A stretch of DNA of 64,000 nt from Candidatus Heimdallarchaeota archaeon (GCA_011364965.1 RDOB01000006.1:1-64000); one strand, 5' to 3'; positions 19,423-30,695 are shown, counted from the stretch's first letter. The notes: a model not told the origin generated them from the letters alone. A program made the numbers and translations.

Positions 19423-19684
19423 TGTATTCACACCTTTGAGTTGTAAGATAAACATGTCTTATGTTAGTTTTAAATTATACTAAATAGAGAATTCCACAAT
19501 CTTAATTTGTCCTATTAAAGATCAATGTTTGTTACATTGCTTTTATCAGAAAAGAAACATTTAAGATAAAACATAATCATTTCAATCTAAGTTTATTGAT
19601 TTCAACTCTTAAAAGACGAATAAATCAATTATAAAGATTAATCATCTCAGTTTCGACTCTAATGAATTTAAGTTGTGAAACATT

Positions 19685-21559
19685 ATGAGTACAGTAATTT
19701 CTTCTGTTAAAGTAAAAATCAAACGCATACCATGGGGTGTATACCTTAAAAAACAGCTTTACAAACTCCTAGGGTTTCTCGGATTAGGAATATTAATAAT
19801 TGGCATAATGGTGGTAAGCTCAGAAATAAACCTAGAGACAGCTACCAGCGCTGATCTTCTTTACCTTATTGCTGTTGCTTTATCAAGTATTTGTTTCATA
19901 CTCGTATTAATCGGATTTTCAAAGATTATATTATTTGATATGGGAAATGAATTTGGTTTACGAAACGACGAAAATAATACCGTTTATAACGCAAGATTCT
20001 TCTTATTTGCCGCTTTAGCTCTATCATTCTGTTCTGCAATCTACTTACTGTTAGATGTCTTTCTTCAAGCAACATATCTCGAGTTATTACCAGTCTTAAT
20101 GATGGAATGGGTACTCATTGCTTTCGATATTCAAATTGCGGGTTTAACAGATATTGGAAGTGGGAGGGAGTTTTATCAGACTGCAAGAAATATTTATTTT
20201 GCTTTTTTCTTTTTGATAATTATTGGCTTTTCAGTCTTAGTTTTTCTGTCTATATTAACAACTTTAGGCCGTAAACGGGTTGTTTCCCGTTATAAGAAGG
20301 ATGAAACCGAACAAACACAAGAAGAAGAAAATAAACGTTTTTACAAAATTTTTGCTTGGCTCGCAATACCTCTTATTGAAATCTTTCTAGGAAGTTTATT
20401 TTCATCCGAGATTGGATTCATAATTTCAGTTATTTTTCTCATTTTACTGATTTGGTGGGTCTATCAGTTATTTAAAATAATAATACTTGTTGTATGGAGA
20501 GGATTTAAGATTACAGCCTTCATAACAAGTGTGAATGCGTTATTGTTAATCCCACTGATTCTTGTATTGTATGGAGCTCCTGTAATAGCGTGGATGGGTT
20601 GGGATGTAATTCAATTACTCCAACAAGGAGCTATAGACCTGACACTTCCAAATCTAATAACAGCTGGCTTTGAAAGTCTTTCTTATCGTTATCAAGATAT
20701 TCTTAGTATTATACAGCTTGATTTCATTTTTATTACTCTAGTAGCAACTTGTATCGTAGGTTTTGCAGAAGGATTTGCTATTGTAGCTATTTTTACCGCT
20801 ATTTTCAAGGGGGTAGAAGTGGCACGAACAGGTCAGATTATCACTCATTCTCCTCCTAAGATCGCAGTGATTTCAAAATATCTAATCATGCTTGTAGCGT
20901 GGCTAGGATTATCTTGGAATAGCTTTTTGGAGATCTGGAATCTGTTAATAGAAAAGTTTAATTTTCACCTTCCTCCAATTGTGATTCCTTCATTTTTCTA
21001 CCTGATTTATAACTCGTTAATATTGCCCCTGTCGACATGGTTCGAGCAAATTATTCCGATATTAAAATTTGTACCATTCCTCCTCCTTCCTCTCTATTTC
21101 ATACTTTCTGGGGCGTTCAAATTCCTAAGTGTAACAATAATCACTCCTAGAGTTAAGAATCGGCTCTCAATCTTCTTCTTATTAGTATCTACATCATTCG
21201 TTCTTATTATAACTAATATTTTAGGAGACATTTATGAGCTTGGCGCTTCTGTAATTCCTGATGCTCCTCTTATATCCGTTTTTGAGTTGTCCTATATTCT
21301 TACTGAAGCAGTGTTCGCTTTTGAATATTTTGAAGCAATAACGTTCTATACAGGATTTCTTTTTGGCCTTGCGTGGGTAATCCGAAGAGGAATTCAAGCA
21401 ATTCAAATGAGATCTCGTCCACCAGTAATCCCATTTGATGGCCATTTAACCGAATCTGATCTTCAATTGTCTTCTGGGCCTTCTAAAGAAACAAATAAAG
21501 TTCAAACCGAATCTAATAAGAGTGAAATCTCACATGAATCTAGTACTGAAGAAGAATAG
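19685..21559 (+). CDS. Polytopic membrane protein of unknown function
   Basis: 624 aa, more than 10 hydrophobic segments, acidic internal loop and Ser/Glu-rich tail. Confidence 0.75.
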   Translation: MSTVISSVKVKIKRIPWGVYLKKQLYKLLGFLGLGILIIGIMVVSSEINLETATSADLLYLIAVALSSICFILVLIGFSKIILFDMGNEFGLRNDENNTVYNARFFLFAALALSFCSAIYLLLDVFLQATYLELLPVLMMEWVLIAFDIQIAGLTDIGSGREFYQTARNIYFAFFFLIIIGFSVLVFLSILTTLGRKRVVSRYKKDETEQTQEEENKRFYKIFAWLAIPLIEIFLGSLFSSEIGFIISVIFLILLIWWVYQLFKIIILVVWRGFKITAFITSVNALLLIPLILVLYGAPVIAWMGWDVIQLLQQGAIDLTLPNLITAGFESLSYRYQDILSIIQLDFIFITLVATCIVGFAEGFAIVAIFTAIFKGVEVARTGQIITHSPPKIAVISKYLIMLVAWLGLSWNSFLEIWNLLIEKFNFHLPPIVIPSFFYLIYNSLILPLSTWFEQIIPILKFVPFLLLPLYFILSGAFKFLSVTIITPRVKNRLSIFFLLVSTSFVLIITNILGDIYELGASVIPDAPLISVFELSYILTEAVFAFEYFEAITFYTGFLFGLAWVIRRGIQAIQMRSRPPVIPFDGHLTESDLQLSSGPSKETNKVQTESNKSEISHESSTEEE

Positions 21560-21725
21560 TGTTTTCAATCCTAAAAGCAAACGCCTTTCTAATATTTATG
21601 TTACCAAATTACTTTTTATTTATAATGAGCATTCTAAGGAAATTCAAAATGTTTTAGGGCGAAAGAAATAAAAATAAATTTTGAATACATTGCAACTATT
21701 AAAGATACTACTGTGGAATACCTTA

Positions 21726-22070
21726 ATGAGGACTTCAGAGAAAAACCTTCGTCAGCAAATCGAAGAAAAAGAAGTATATATTCAAGCAGAGTTATTGAAA
21801 GCTCGTAAAGAGCGTGCATTGATTATTGAAGAAGCGAAAGATTATGCTGATGCGCTTATTAGGAATTATAAGAGTGAAAAGGATGAGGAATTTGCTGAGT
21901 GGCGAAGAGAAATAGAGAAAAAAGCAGAATCTCTTTTATTTGACTTTGATGAAAAAGAGAAAGAGAAATTAGATCTTATAGAGAGAAAATGGAAAGAGAA
22001 AAGCAAAAACATGCAAAATGAGATTCTTAAAAAAATCCTACCCGAGAAAAAGCAACATTTGGGAGGTTAG
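21726..22070 (+). CDS. A/V-type ATPase subunit H/G (peripheral stalk)
   Basis: Charged coiled coil KARKERALIIEEAK; first gene of the ATPase operon; start is ATG 21726 or TTG 21681. Confidence 0.7.
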   Translation: MRTSEKNLRQQIEEKEVYIQAELLKARKERALIIEEAKDYADALIRNYKSEKDEEFAEWRREIEKKAESLLFDFDEKEKEKLDLIERKWKEKSKNMQNEILKKILPEKKQHLGG

Positions 22071-22078
22071 TTGAGAAA

Positions 22079-24001
22079 ATGATTGAACCAATGATGCATG
22101 TTCATCTTACTGGACTAAAAAGTGAAATTTTTGATATAATAAGATCTATTCGCGATTCAAGAGTTTTTCATTTTTTAATTCCTCCTGGTGGAGGAGTTAG
22201 CATTGCAGATGATCGACTGGAACAAATCCAGCATTCTCTTCAAGATTTGGAGACACGCATATCGGTTGTTTTAGCTAATCTGCCAGCACCCAAATTAGAA
22301 AATGGAGATGAGCCTGCTTTCTACAATCTTGATCCTTATGAGAGTGAAGAAAAATCTGAGGCAATCTTAAAGATCATTGAACCACGATTAATGGAGCTTC
22401 AGCTGGCAATCCGTAGATTGGAAGATCACAATCGCCAAATTCGAAAATACAAAGATATTTTAGTAGACATACATCCATTAGTACGAGAATTTCATAAAAA
22501 TCCCCAAGTTGAATCCATAGTTGTAATATTGGATCGAAGATCGGGTATGTCTTTTTCAGTTTTTGAACAACGGATTTCTACAATTACCGAAGGAGTTTTT
22601 CAATTAGTTCGAAGAAATTTGGATAAGAATTTTATCGCGATTCTTGCACTTTTCGATAAAGAATATTTGACTGATATTCAAACTTTCCTTTATAGTGAAC
22701 GCGTATCAGAGATGCGACTACCTTCTGAATTTCAGGGTATTCCCGTAAGACAAGTTTCTGAAAGAATTCAGGAGACTCAAATTAGAAATGATTCTCATAT
22801 AAAAGGTCTGCATGATGAAAGAGCTGAATTAAGCGAGAAATATTATAACGATCTTGAAACACTCCATAGAAAAATAACAATTATATTAAAGGAATTTGAT
22901 ATTATTAATCGTTTGTCCTATATTTCAGAATTCTCTTTTGAAGTTGAGGGATTTGTACCAAAGTCATTTCTACAGTCTTTTATCGAAACCATTCAATTAA
23001 GGTTTGATAATCGTGTGACAATTTCATCATCCGAAGCTTCAAAAGATGCACCTGTCCTGAGAAGGAATAAAGGAATTATCAAGTCATTTGAAACCTTAAC
23101 AGATCTTGTTGGTTTACCTGTATATGGCTCAATTGACCCCACCCCATTAGTATTCATTTTATTTCCGTTCTTTTGGGGTTTTATGGTAGGAGATGTTGGT
23201 TATGGGTTAATTATTCTTTTATTAGCGTTTTCATTACCTAAGATGTTTCCTGAGAAATTCAAAAGTCAATCGATAAGAAATCTTTTGAATATTTTTATAA
23301 TCAGCAGTATTTGGACAATTGGCTTTGGAATACTGTATGGAGAGCTATTTGGGAATATTGGAGAGGAGCTATTCCATTGGCATCCAATATGGCTAAATAG
23401 ATATACTCAACTCTTAGAATTTTTAGTTGTAGCCATAATTGTAGGTTATCTTGTAATTTTGTTTGGACTTACACTCGGTGTTCTTAATAATCTGAAAACA
23501 GGGCATTCTAAACATGCAAAAGCTGAATTTTTCCTTTTAGCTTTATGGGGGTCAATATTTCTAGTAATTATACTTGGAACCATTAATCTCAATATTTTCT
23601 CTTCTTTAATAGGTTTTGAGATCTTATTTGTTCTTGCATTTATACTTTATCTTATCAGACTTGATGGAGTTGCAGGAATTATTCACGTCATAGATCGATT
23701 CTCAAACATACTCTCCTTTGCACGATTGATGGCTATTGGATTAGTTGGGGCAGAAATGGCATATGTTGCAAATGATCTATATGATAAATTTATTCCTGTT
23801 TTTGGACAATTTGGCCCAAATATGGAACCAGTTGGATTGATTGTAGGGCTTTTAATTACTCTTTCTCTTCATCTGATTAACTTGTTAATTCTCATTCTAA
23901 GTCCATCGATTCATGCTCTTCGATTAAATGTATATGAATTCTTTACTCAATTCACTCAAGTTGGTGAAGCTATTAAATACGAACCATATGGATATAATTA
24001 A
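22079..24001 (+). CDS. atpI: A/V-type ATPase subunit I (a)
   Basis: PVYGSIDPT, GFMVGDVGYG, LSFARLMA (essential Arg), HALRLNVYEFF. Confidence 0.95.
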   Translation: MIEPMMHVHLTGLKSEIFDIIRSIRDSRVFHFLIPPGGGVSIADDRLEQIQHSLQDLETRISVVLANLPAPKLENGDEPAFYNLDPYESEEKSEAILKIIEPRLMELQLAIRRLEDHNRQIRKYKDILVDIHPLVREFHKNPQVESIVVILDRRSGMSFSVFEQRISTITEGVFQLVRRNLDKNFIAILALFDKEYLTDIQTFLYSERVSEMRLPSEFQGIPVRQVSERIQETQIRNDSHIKGLHDERAELSEKYYNDLETLHRKITIILKEFDIINRLSYISEFSFEVEGFVPKSFLQSFIETIQLRFDNRVTISSSEASKDAPVLRRNKGIIKSFETLTDLVGLPVYGSIDPTPLVFILFPFFWGFMVGDVGYGLIILLLAFSLPKMFPEKFKSQSIRNLLNIFIISSIWTIGFGILYGELFGNIGEELFHWHPIWLNRYTQLLEFLVVAIIVGYLVILFGLTLGVLNNLKTGHSKHAKAEFFLLALWGSIFLVIILGTINLNIFSSLIGFEILFVLAFILYLIRLDGVAGIIHVIDRFSNILSFARLMAIGLVGAEMAYVANDLYDKFIPVFGQFGPNMEPVGLIVGLLITLSLHLINLLILILSPSIHALRLNVYEFFTQFTQVGEAIKYEPYGYN

Positions 24002-24028
24002 ATAAAAAGTGATAAAATAAAAGGAGAA

Positions 24029-24274
24029 ATGAAAAATATGTTGATGCAACAGTTTCTTGATATAACAGCGATGAAACCATTAGCTGCCGCGTTGGCAATA
24101 GGATTGGGTGCAATTGGTACCGCCTTAGCTCAGGGAAGAATCGGTTCTTCAGCTGCTGGGATGCTAGCTGAACGTCCTGAAAATTTTGGTTTAGCTTTGA
24201 TACTTGTGGCTATCCCAGAGACAATTCTTGTTCTCTCATTTGTAATTGCAATTATAATTCTTTTTATTGGTTAA
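24029..24274 (+). CDS. atpK: A/V-type ATPase subunit K (c, proteolipid), single hairpin
   Basis: GLGAIGTALAQ...AERPE...AIPETIL with the ion-binding Glu. Confidence 0.95.
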   Translation: MKNMLMQQFLDITAMKPLAAALAIGLGAIGTALAQGRIGSSAAGMLAERPENFGLALILVAIPETILVLSFVIAIIILFIG

Positions 24275-24291
24275 GGAGGCGCTCTTCTTAA

Positions 24292-24933
24292 GTGAAAAGT
24301 TCTTCTGATGGAATTTTACAATCGATGGAAATGATGCTTGCTCATCTAAAGGTTGAAATCATAGATGAAGGTAAAAACGAAGCCAAACAAATTCAGCAAG
24401 CTGCACAAACACATCTTGAAGAAATGAAATCAAAGGATCTTCATCACAAAAAGAAGGAGTTAATCTTAATTCAGGTACATCAAAGGATTAGAGAGAGAAC
24501 TAACCAATGGATAAAGAATTTCAACTCGTTAAGGGAAAATTTAATAGAAAAGACTATTGCGGATCGCTTAGGAAGTTTGATTGACGTAAAGGATACTAAT
24601 TCCTTTCCTGATTTGATAAAAGATTTATATTCCGAGCTTGAACCATATTTAGAAGGCCATTCTGCGCTAATTCACGTTACAAAGGGTTCTAGAAAGCACA
24701 TTTCTGAAATACCTTCAAATTGCGATGTAAAAGCCGATTTAGATGAAATAGGCATTAAAATAGAATTTCTAGACCACGCAATAGTAATTGAAAACACTCT
24801 AGAGTCGCGCTTAAGCTTAATCAAGCACGAAATTGAGTCATTGATAAACAAGGAAATATTTAGTGGACTGGAGGATCCTCCATGGCTGGAATCTCAGATC
24901 TTGGATATATTAATGCGCGAATCCATGGTTTGA
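24292..24933 (+). CDS. atpE: A/V-type ATPase subunit E
   Basis: Operon position, N-terminal coiled coil, IENTLESRL motif. Confidence 0.8.
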   Translation: MKSSSDGILQSMEMMLAHLKVEIIDEGKNEAKQIQQAAQTHLEEMKSKDLHHKKKELILIQVHQRIRERTNQWIKNFNSLRENLIEKTIADRLGSLIDVKDTNSFPDLIKDLYSELEPYLEGHSALIHVTKGSRKHISEIPSNCDVKADLDEIGIKIEFLDHAIVIENTLESRLSLIKHEIESLINKEIFSGLEDPPWLESQILDILMRESMV

Positions 24934-25949
24934 GGAGTTATTTGCTCCCAAAGAGTAGAATGGAGTCTTTTTCCGACTTAAGCTCCCTTGGAGAGCTTAT
25001 AGAGGAGTTGAGAGAGTCTTCTTATCGTGAATTTATTCAACGAGCTCTTATTTCAGGAGATCAATTACACGCGATAGATGTTACTCTAAATGAATATCTC
25101 GGGTTTATCGCAAAAAAAATTCTTTCTATTACAGGAGAAGAGCCTCATGAGATTTATTCATTGATTTTTCTCAGGTGGGATTATACAAACTTAAAAATCG
25201 CACTTAGAGGTCTTACAACTGAAGTAAGGCTCGATAGGAATCTTATTCCATACGGCCAACTCGGTTTAGATGAATTAGCTAATATTGCTGCCTCAAGCAC
25301 TCTACAAGAGGCTTATAATTGGCTTCAAACATATAGATCCCCTATTTCGCGTGCAATACGTCCTCTTCTCGAATATCCTTTTGATTTATTTCAATTGGAC
25401 ACTGCATTAGACCAATCATATTTTTTATCCGTAATTAGGAAATTAAATAGCTTAAAGGATCAGAAAAATGCCCAAATTGCTCTTGATATGATATATGAAG
25501 AAGTTGAACTAAGGAATGTTTTGAATCTTTTCCAGATTATGTCGAAAATGTATAATAATATACTTTTACCTATCTTTGACATGAAAAAGATCATTTTTCC
25601 TAAAAGAGTAGGTGCATCTATTCAGTTTTTAAATGAATTAATTCAAAATAGAAATATAGGTGGTATTTTAGAGATCTGTAAGCTCTCTTCATATCGTCAT
25701 ATTTTTGAGGTTTATCCATCGATTCCTGCATTAATTGAAGATCAAGATGAAGTCACAATCCAGATTGAGATTCAATTTGTAAAAAATCAAATTCGAAAAG
25801 CCCATAAAGGAGTTTCCGACATGAATTTGGGTATTGCATATATTTGGCAGTTATTCGCTGAAACACGAAATCTTCGGTTAATAGCACATGGTATTTTTGG
25901 CTTCATGCACCCAGATGACATTAGGAGGTATTTGGTGTTTGGTAGATGA
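24882..25949 (+). CDS. atpC: A/V-type ATPase subunit C (d)
   Basis: YINARIHGLRSYLL, RWDYTNLKIALRG, ETRNLRLIAHG. Confidence 0.92.
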   Translation: MAGISDLGYINARIHGLRSYLLPKSRMESFSDLSSLGELIEELRESSYREFIQRALISGDQLHAIDVTLNEYLGFIAKKILSITGEEPHEIYSLIFLRWDYTNLKIALRGLTTEVRLDRNLIPYGQLGLDELANIAASSTLQEAYNWLQTYRSPISRAIRPLLEYPFDLFQLDTALDQSYFLSVIRKLNSLKDQKNAQIALDMIYEEVELRNVLNLFQIMSKMYNNILLPIFDMKKIIFPKRVGASIQFLNELIQNRNIGGILEICKLSSYRHIFEVYPSIPALIEDQDEVTIQIEIQFVKNQIRKAHKGVSDMNLGIAYIWQLFAETRNLRLIAHGIFGFMHPDDIRRYLVFGR

Positions 25950-26286
25950 TATCTTAATAGTAACTTATCCTGAACTCTCTCTTGGTTATCGTTTAGCTGG
26001 AGTTGAGACCCTACCTGCAAATGATCCCAAAGTAGCTGCTACTTTAATATATCAAGCAGCTGAAAATCGACAGATAGGACTGATTGGTGCTGATGAAACC
26101 TTTTTTAAAGTTTTGGACCCTACTTTTCTTTTTGAATTACGAAAAAGAGGGAAACCAGTAATATTACCTATACCATCTGTCCATGAACCATCAAGAATAA
26201 GCGAAATCCAAGAGTACGTGAGAGGGATTGTTGAAAGAGCTGCAGGCTTCTATCTTAAAATCGAATTAGAGGAAGAAATTGAATGA
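25939..26286 (+). CDS. atpF: A/V-type ATPase subunit F
   Basis: GYRLAGV, PVILPIP, VERAAG; likely TTG start at 25939 after GGAGG/GGTG (ORF track extends it to 25888). Confidence 0.9.
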   Translation: MVDDILIVTYPELSLGYRLAGVETLPANDPKVAATLIYQAAENRQIGLIGADETFFKVLDPTFLFELRKRGKPVILPIPSVHEPSRISEIQEYVRGIVERAAGFYLKIELEEEIE

Positions 26287-28037
26287 ATAAATCATCTCAA
26301 GGCAAAATAACACGCATTTCGGGACCTGTTATTTACGCGACTGGGTTAATCGGACCTCAAAAAAATCACGTTGTCAACGTCGGGTATGAAGAATTATTAG
26401 GAGAAATTGTTCAGATTCGTGGAGAAATTGCAATTATCCAAGTTTATGAAGATACTAGCGGAATAGGTATTAACGAACCCGTTATTGATCTGAAAAGACC
26501 GTTAACGATTCAATTGGGGCCGGGATTGATTAGTACTGTTTTTGACGGAATTCAGAGGCCCCTTGATCTTCTAAATACTGATTTTATCCCCCGTGGTGCA
26601 AAATTAGAGCCATTGTCATCAACAAAGAAATGGGATTTTGTCCCAAATCCTAAAACCAAAGTTGGTACCGAATTAAAAGGAGGAGAAGTTCTTGGAACAG
26701 TTCAAGAGACAACTTTAATTTCACACAAGATTTTAGTACCTCCAAATGTAAATGGAACTTTAAAAGAAGTTACTCAAGGGGGTAAATACTCAATAAGAGA
26801 ACCAATCGCATTATTGGACGATGGAACCGAATTATATCTCTCACACGAATGGCCAGTTCGTCAACCCAGACCATTTTCAAAACGTTTACCTCTTACTACT
26901 CCATTTCTCACAGGACAACGAATTCTAGATTATTTGTTCCCTTTAGCTGGAGGAGGTGCAGCAATGATTCCTGGAGGATTTGGAACTGGCAAAACTGTTC
27001 TCGAAAGGACTTTAGCTAAATTTAGTAGCACTGATATTATGGTATTAACTTTATGTGGAGAAAGAGGCAATGAAATTGCAGATGCGTTATCAAGTTTTAT
27101 GGAATTGGAGGATCCTCGAACGAAGCGCCCCATGATAGAAAGAACTTGTATTATTGCTAATACAAGTAATATGCCTGTTGCTGCAAGAGAGGCATCAATA
27201 TATGCTGGTGTAACCATGGCTGAATATTATCGTGACATGGGTTATCGCTGTTCTGTTTTAGCAGATTCTACAAGTAGATGGGCTGAGGCTTTAAGGGAAA
27301 TATCTGGACGTTTGGGTGAGATTCCAGGAGAAGAAGGCTTTCCTAGTTATTTGCCCAAACTAATTGGCCAATTCTATGAGCGCGCTGGACTTACAGAAAC
27401 TTTATCTGGTGATAAAGGGAGTGTAACGATTATAGGTGCTGTTTCTCCCATGGGAGGTGATTTTTCTGAACCAGTTACGCAATATAGTTTGCGTTTTACA
27501 TCAACACTCTGGGGTTTGGAAACTGAGCTTGCACGAGCTCGTCATTATCCTGCAATTAGTTGGAAAATATCCTATTCAGGAAGTATTAGGGAAATTACTA
27601 ATTATATGGAAGAGCAATACTCCAATTGGATAGAAACGCGTGGTAAAATTCAAAAAATTCTACAAGAGGAGGAAGAACTAGAAAGAATAGTTAGATTGAT
27701 TGGTAAAGATACTCTCTCTGAAACACAAAATGGATTATTATTAACTGCAGATATAATCAAAGAAGGATTTCTCCAGCAATCTGCGATTTCAGAAACAGAT
27801 GCATACTGTCCATTTGAAAAAACAGACTTAATGGCCAGAACAATAATTCGTGCTCACGAAGCAATTCAAGGCCATTTGCACAATAAATCCATAACAGTGG
27901 AACAGCTTTATGACAAAACGCCATTAATTGAAGAGCTAAAACGTTTGAAAGAGTTTTCAGTTTTTGAAATAAATGATTATTATATTAATCTCGAAACTCA
28001 CATTGACGAAGAAATCGCACGGGGGATTGCATTATGA
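26283..28037 (+). CDS. atpA: A/V-type ATPase catalytic subunit A
   Basis: Walker [47 protein letters not shown]; no intein. Confidence 0.98.
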   Translation: MNKSSQGKITRISGPVIYATGLIGPQKNHVVNVGYEELLGEIVQIRGEIAIIQVYEDTSGIGINEPVIDLKRPLTIQLGPGLISTVFDGIQRPLDLLNTDFIPRGAKLEPLSSTKKWDFVPNPKTKVGTELKGGEVLGTVQETTLISHKILVPPNVNGTLKEVTQGGKYSIREPIALLDDGTELYLSHEWPVRQPRPFSKRLPLTTPFLTGQRILDYLFPLAGGGAAMIPGGFGTGKTVLERTLAKFSSTDIMVLTLCGERGNEIADALSSFMELEDPRTKRPMIERTCIIANTSNMPVAAREASIYAGVTMAEYYRDMGYRCSVLADSTSRWAEALREISGRLGEIPGEEGFPSYLPKLIGQFYERAGLTETLSGDKGSVTIIGAVSPMGGDFSEPVTQYSLRFTSTLWGLETELARARHYPAISWKISYSGSIREITNYMEEQYSNWIETRGKIQKILQEEEELERIVRLIGKDTLSETQNGLLLTADIIKEGFLQQSAISETDAYCPFEKTDLMARTIIRAHEAIQGHLHNKSITVEQLYDKTPLIEELKRLKEFSVFEINDYYINLETHIDEEIARGIAL

Positions 28038-29434
28038 AAGATTTGAAGACTTTTCGATATCGAACGACTTATGGGATTCAAGGTACTCTTTTATTCTTAA
28101 AAGAAATTCAAAGTGTAGCTTTTGAGGAAATTGTTGATATTATTATGCCTACAGGAGAAATTAGAAGGGGTCAAGTACTTCAAGCTGATAAAAATGCTAC
28201 AATTATACAAGTTTTTGAAGGAACTCAATCCTTAGATGTCGTGAATTCCGAAATTATATTTTCTCGCGATGTATTCAGGGTGGGGGTATCTGAAACCATG
28301 GTGGGAAGGATTTTTAATGGACTTGGAGAACCAATTGATGAATTGGGTACAATTATACCACTAAAAAGATTACCAATCTCTGGATCCCCAATGAATCCTA
28401 TCCGTCGAGAGAAACCAGAAAATTTTATAGAGACAGGCATCTCTACTATTGATGGACTCAATACACTGGTAGAAGGCCAAAAATTACCGATTTTCACTGG
28501 ATCTGGTTTAGAAACTAGCGAAGTAGCCTCGCAAATTGCTGTGAATTCTCGATTACTAGGAAAAAATAGAACATTAGATATTATCTTTGTCGCAATGGGA
28601 ATCACTGAAAGAATAGGACGTTTTTTCCGTGAAACCTTCGAGAAAGCCTCTTCTTCAAGTATCACTTTTTTTTCAAATTACACACAGGACAGTATTGTTG
28701 AAAGGTTAATCACTCCTCGCGTGGCTCTAACTTTTGCAGAATTTCTAGCCTTTGAAAAAGGAAGAGATGTCTTAGTAATACTTCAGGACATGTTGAATTA
28801 TGCTGAAGCATTACGTGAAATATCTTCTGCTCGTGAAGAGTTTCCTGGTAGACGTGGGTATCCTGGGTATTTGTATACAGATTTGGCAACAATTTATGAA
28901 CGAGCTGGTAAAGTAAAAGATCAGAAAGGAAGCGTAACAATGATACCAATCGTTACAATGCCTAATGACGATATCACACACCCAGTTCCTGATCTAACAG
29001 GATATATTACTGAAGGACAGATTATTATGTCACGTGATCTTGCAAATAAACAAGTATACCCCCCTATAAATCCTCTTCCTTCACTTTCACGTTTAATGAA
29101 CGAAGGAATTGGTAAAGGAAAAACCAGAGAAGATCATTCCCAACTAGCAAATCAATTATTTGCCGCATATGCAAAAGGCATGAATTTAAGGCAATTAGCA
29201 TCGATTGCAGGAAAAGAGGCACTTACTTCACGAGATCAACTGTATTTAAACTTCGCTGACAAATTTGAATTGCATTTTATATCCCAAAATGAGAGACGTA
29301 CAATTGAGGAAACTCTCTCTATTGGTTGGCAAATATTAACAGCAATACCCAAAACTGATCTAAATAGGATCTCTCGTACATTTATTGACAAATATTATCC
29401 TGAAGGTGAAGTATTATTTCCCAAACTAAGTTAA
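28034..29434 (+). CDS. atpB: A/V-type ATPase subunit B
   Basis: [52 protein letters not shown]. Confidence 0.98.
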   Translation: MKDLKTFRYRTTYGIQGTLLFLKEIQSVAFEEIVDIIMPTGEIRRGQVLQADKNATIIQVFEGTQSLDVVNSEIIFSRDVFRVGVSETMVGRIFNGLGEPIDELGTIIPLKRLPISGSPMNPIRREKPENFIETGISTIDGLNTLVEGQKLPIFTGSGLETSEVASQIAVNSRLLGKNRTLDIIFVAMGITERIGRFFRETFEKASSSSITFFSNYTQDSIVERLITPRVALTFAEFLAFEKGRDVLVILQDMLNYAEALREISSAREEFPGRRGYPGYLYTDLATIYERAGKVKDQKGSVTMIPIVTMPNDDITHPVPDLTGYITEGQIIMSRDLANKQVYPPINPLPSLSRLMNEGIGKGKTREDHSQLANQLFAAYAKGMNLRQLASIAGKEALTSRDQLYLNFADKFELHFISQNERRTIEETLSIGWQILTAIPKTDLNRISRTFIDKYYPEGEVLFPKLS

Positions 29435-30042
29435 CAAGAGTTGAACTGCACGATAAGCGTGAGCAATTAGAATTAGCAGGTATTGGAAGAGATCTTTTGG
29501 AGGATAGATTAGGAGCCCTGATTTCCTCCTTTATGAAATATGCTAAAAGGGTTCTACGGGCAAGGCAGGATCTTTCACTATTGAGTCGTCAATCAGCAAA
29601 ATCAATGGCAGTATCCTCTTCTATTTATCGCGATAAGCTTATACTGTCAGCATATTCTACTCCAATTACTAATGGGGTAATAATTCGAAGAGAAAATATT
29701 ATGGGGACAACAATTTCCTCCTTAGAGCTAGTCTCGAAAAATTCAGCCTCTCCAGAAGACAAACAGTTGCCATTAACTGTGGAATCTGATCAGGTAGCTC
29801 AAACCGCTGAATTATTCAAGCGACAGATGTCGGTTTTGGTTGATCTGGCTCGAATGGAAAAGATCCTTGATGAGCTGGGTCGAGAGATGCAACGAGTAAG
29901 GCATAGATATAATGCTTTGGATAACCTTCTCATCCCAGAATTAAAAAAAGAAATTCAAAAAATAATGTTAAGTTTGGAAGAAAAAGAGCGGGAGGAAAGT
30001 TTTAAGATGCGTATATTCATGAATAAACGTAGTAATCAGTGA
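29413..30042 (+). CDS. atpD: A/V-type ATPase subunit D
   Basis: In-frame upstream of the TTG 29497 call lies [32 protein letters not shown], the conserved N-terminal helix. Also [23 protein letters not shown]. Probable ATT start at 29413 or 29416. Confidence 0.88.
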   Translation: MISQTKLTRVELHDKREQLELAGIGRDLLEDRLGALISSFMKYAKRVLRARQDLSLLSRQSAKSMAVSSSIYRDKLILSAYSTPITNGVIIRRENIMGTTISSLELVSKNSASPEDKQLPLTVESDQVAQTAELFKRQMSVLVDLARMEKILDELGREMQRVRHRYNALDNLLIPELKKEIQKIMLSLEEKEREESFKMRIFMNKRSNQ

Positions 30043-30197
30043 AACAGGAAAAATAACGGATTCAAAATAAATAATTAATATAAATAACAGAAAATCTAAT
30101 AAAATTAAATGGTAAAATAATAATTAAAAAATAGTGATTTAGTATATCTAATTATGAATATTAATTTTAATGAAATCAGGAAAAAACAGGATTTAAT

Positions 30198-30650
30198 TTG
30201 TATGAGTCGGTAATTGTGTCAGAGAATGGATCAATAGATCAAAAAAAGAAGGATAAAGGTCTTAAAAAGCATATATCAAAGGATAATGATGAGAGAAAAC
30301 TCCCAGAATCCGCTTTTGATTACTCCTATCCATTTCAACGACCCGTTGGCATTAGACCCAAAAAAGAGGAATATGTAGAAGAAGAAAAGAAAGATGAAAA
30401 TTTTGATTATCCGTTCTATAAAGGAAAATTGAAAAAACCTAAGAACCATGATGATGAGAAGGAGATAGAGAGGAATATTTTTCATGATAAAAGTCCTGCT
30501 AGTCCAGTAAAGGAGAGAGAACAAGGTGAATATACTTATCCATTCACCAAATTCAAACCGAAGCGAGTAGATAAATCGCACGACACATTCAAGTTGTATG
30601 ACTATCCTTTTAGAACAAATTTTAGACGCGGTAAACAAAGACGTTATTAA
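30198..30650 (+). CDS. Charged low-complexity protein with four (F/Y)xYPF motifs
   Basis: K/E/D-rich; motifs YSYPF, FDYPF, YTYPF, YDYPF; start uncertain (TTG 30198 or GTG 30216). Confidence 0.65.
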   Translation: MYESVIVSENGSIDQKKKDKGLKKHISKDNDERKLPESAFDYSYPFQRPVGIRPKKEEYVEEEKKDENFDYPFYKGKLKKPKNHDDEKEIERNIFHDKSPASPVKEREQGEYTYPFTKFKPKRVDKSHDTFKLYDYPFRTNFRRGKQRRY

Positions 30651-30695
30651 ATTCATATAAATTTCATTCATCTAATTGGCGATAGGGAATATTTA

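Noticed and set aside
26283-28037. Intein in ATPase subunit A
   Set aside because: The 584-aa length is normal and the Walker A region is uninterrupted.
30043-30197. Very AT-rich intergenic tract as a possible replication origin or ncRNA
   Set aside because: No ORB-like G-string repeats, no adjacent cdc6/orc1 and no stable structure; more likely terminator and promoter DNA.
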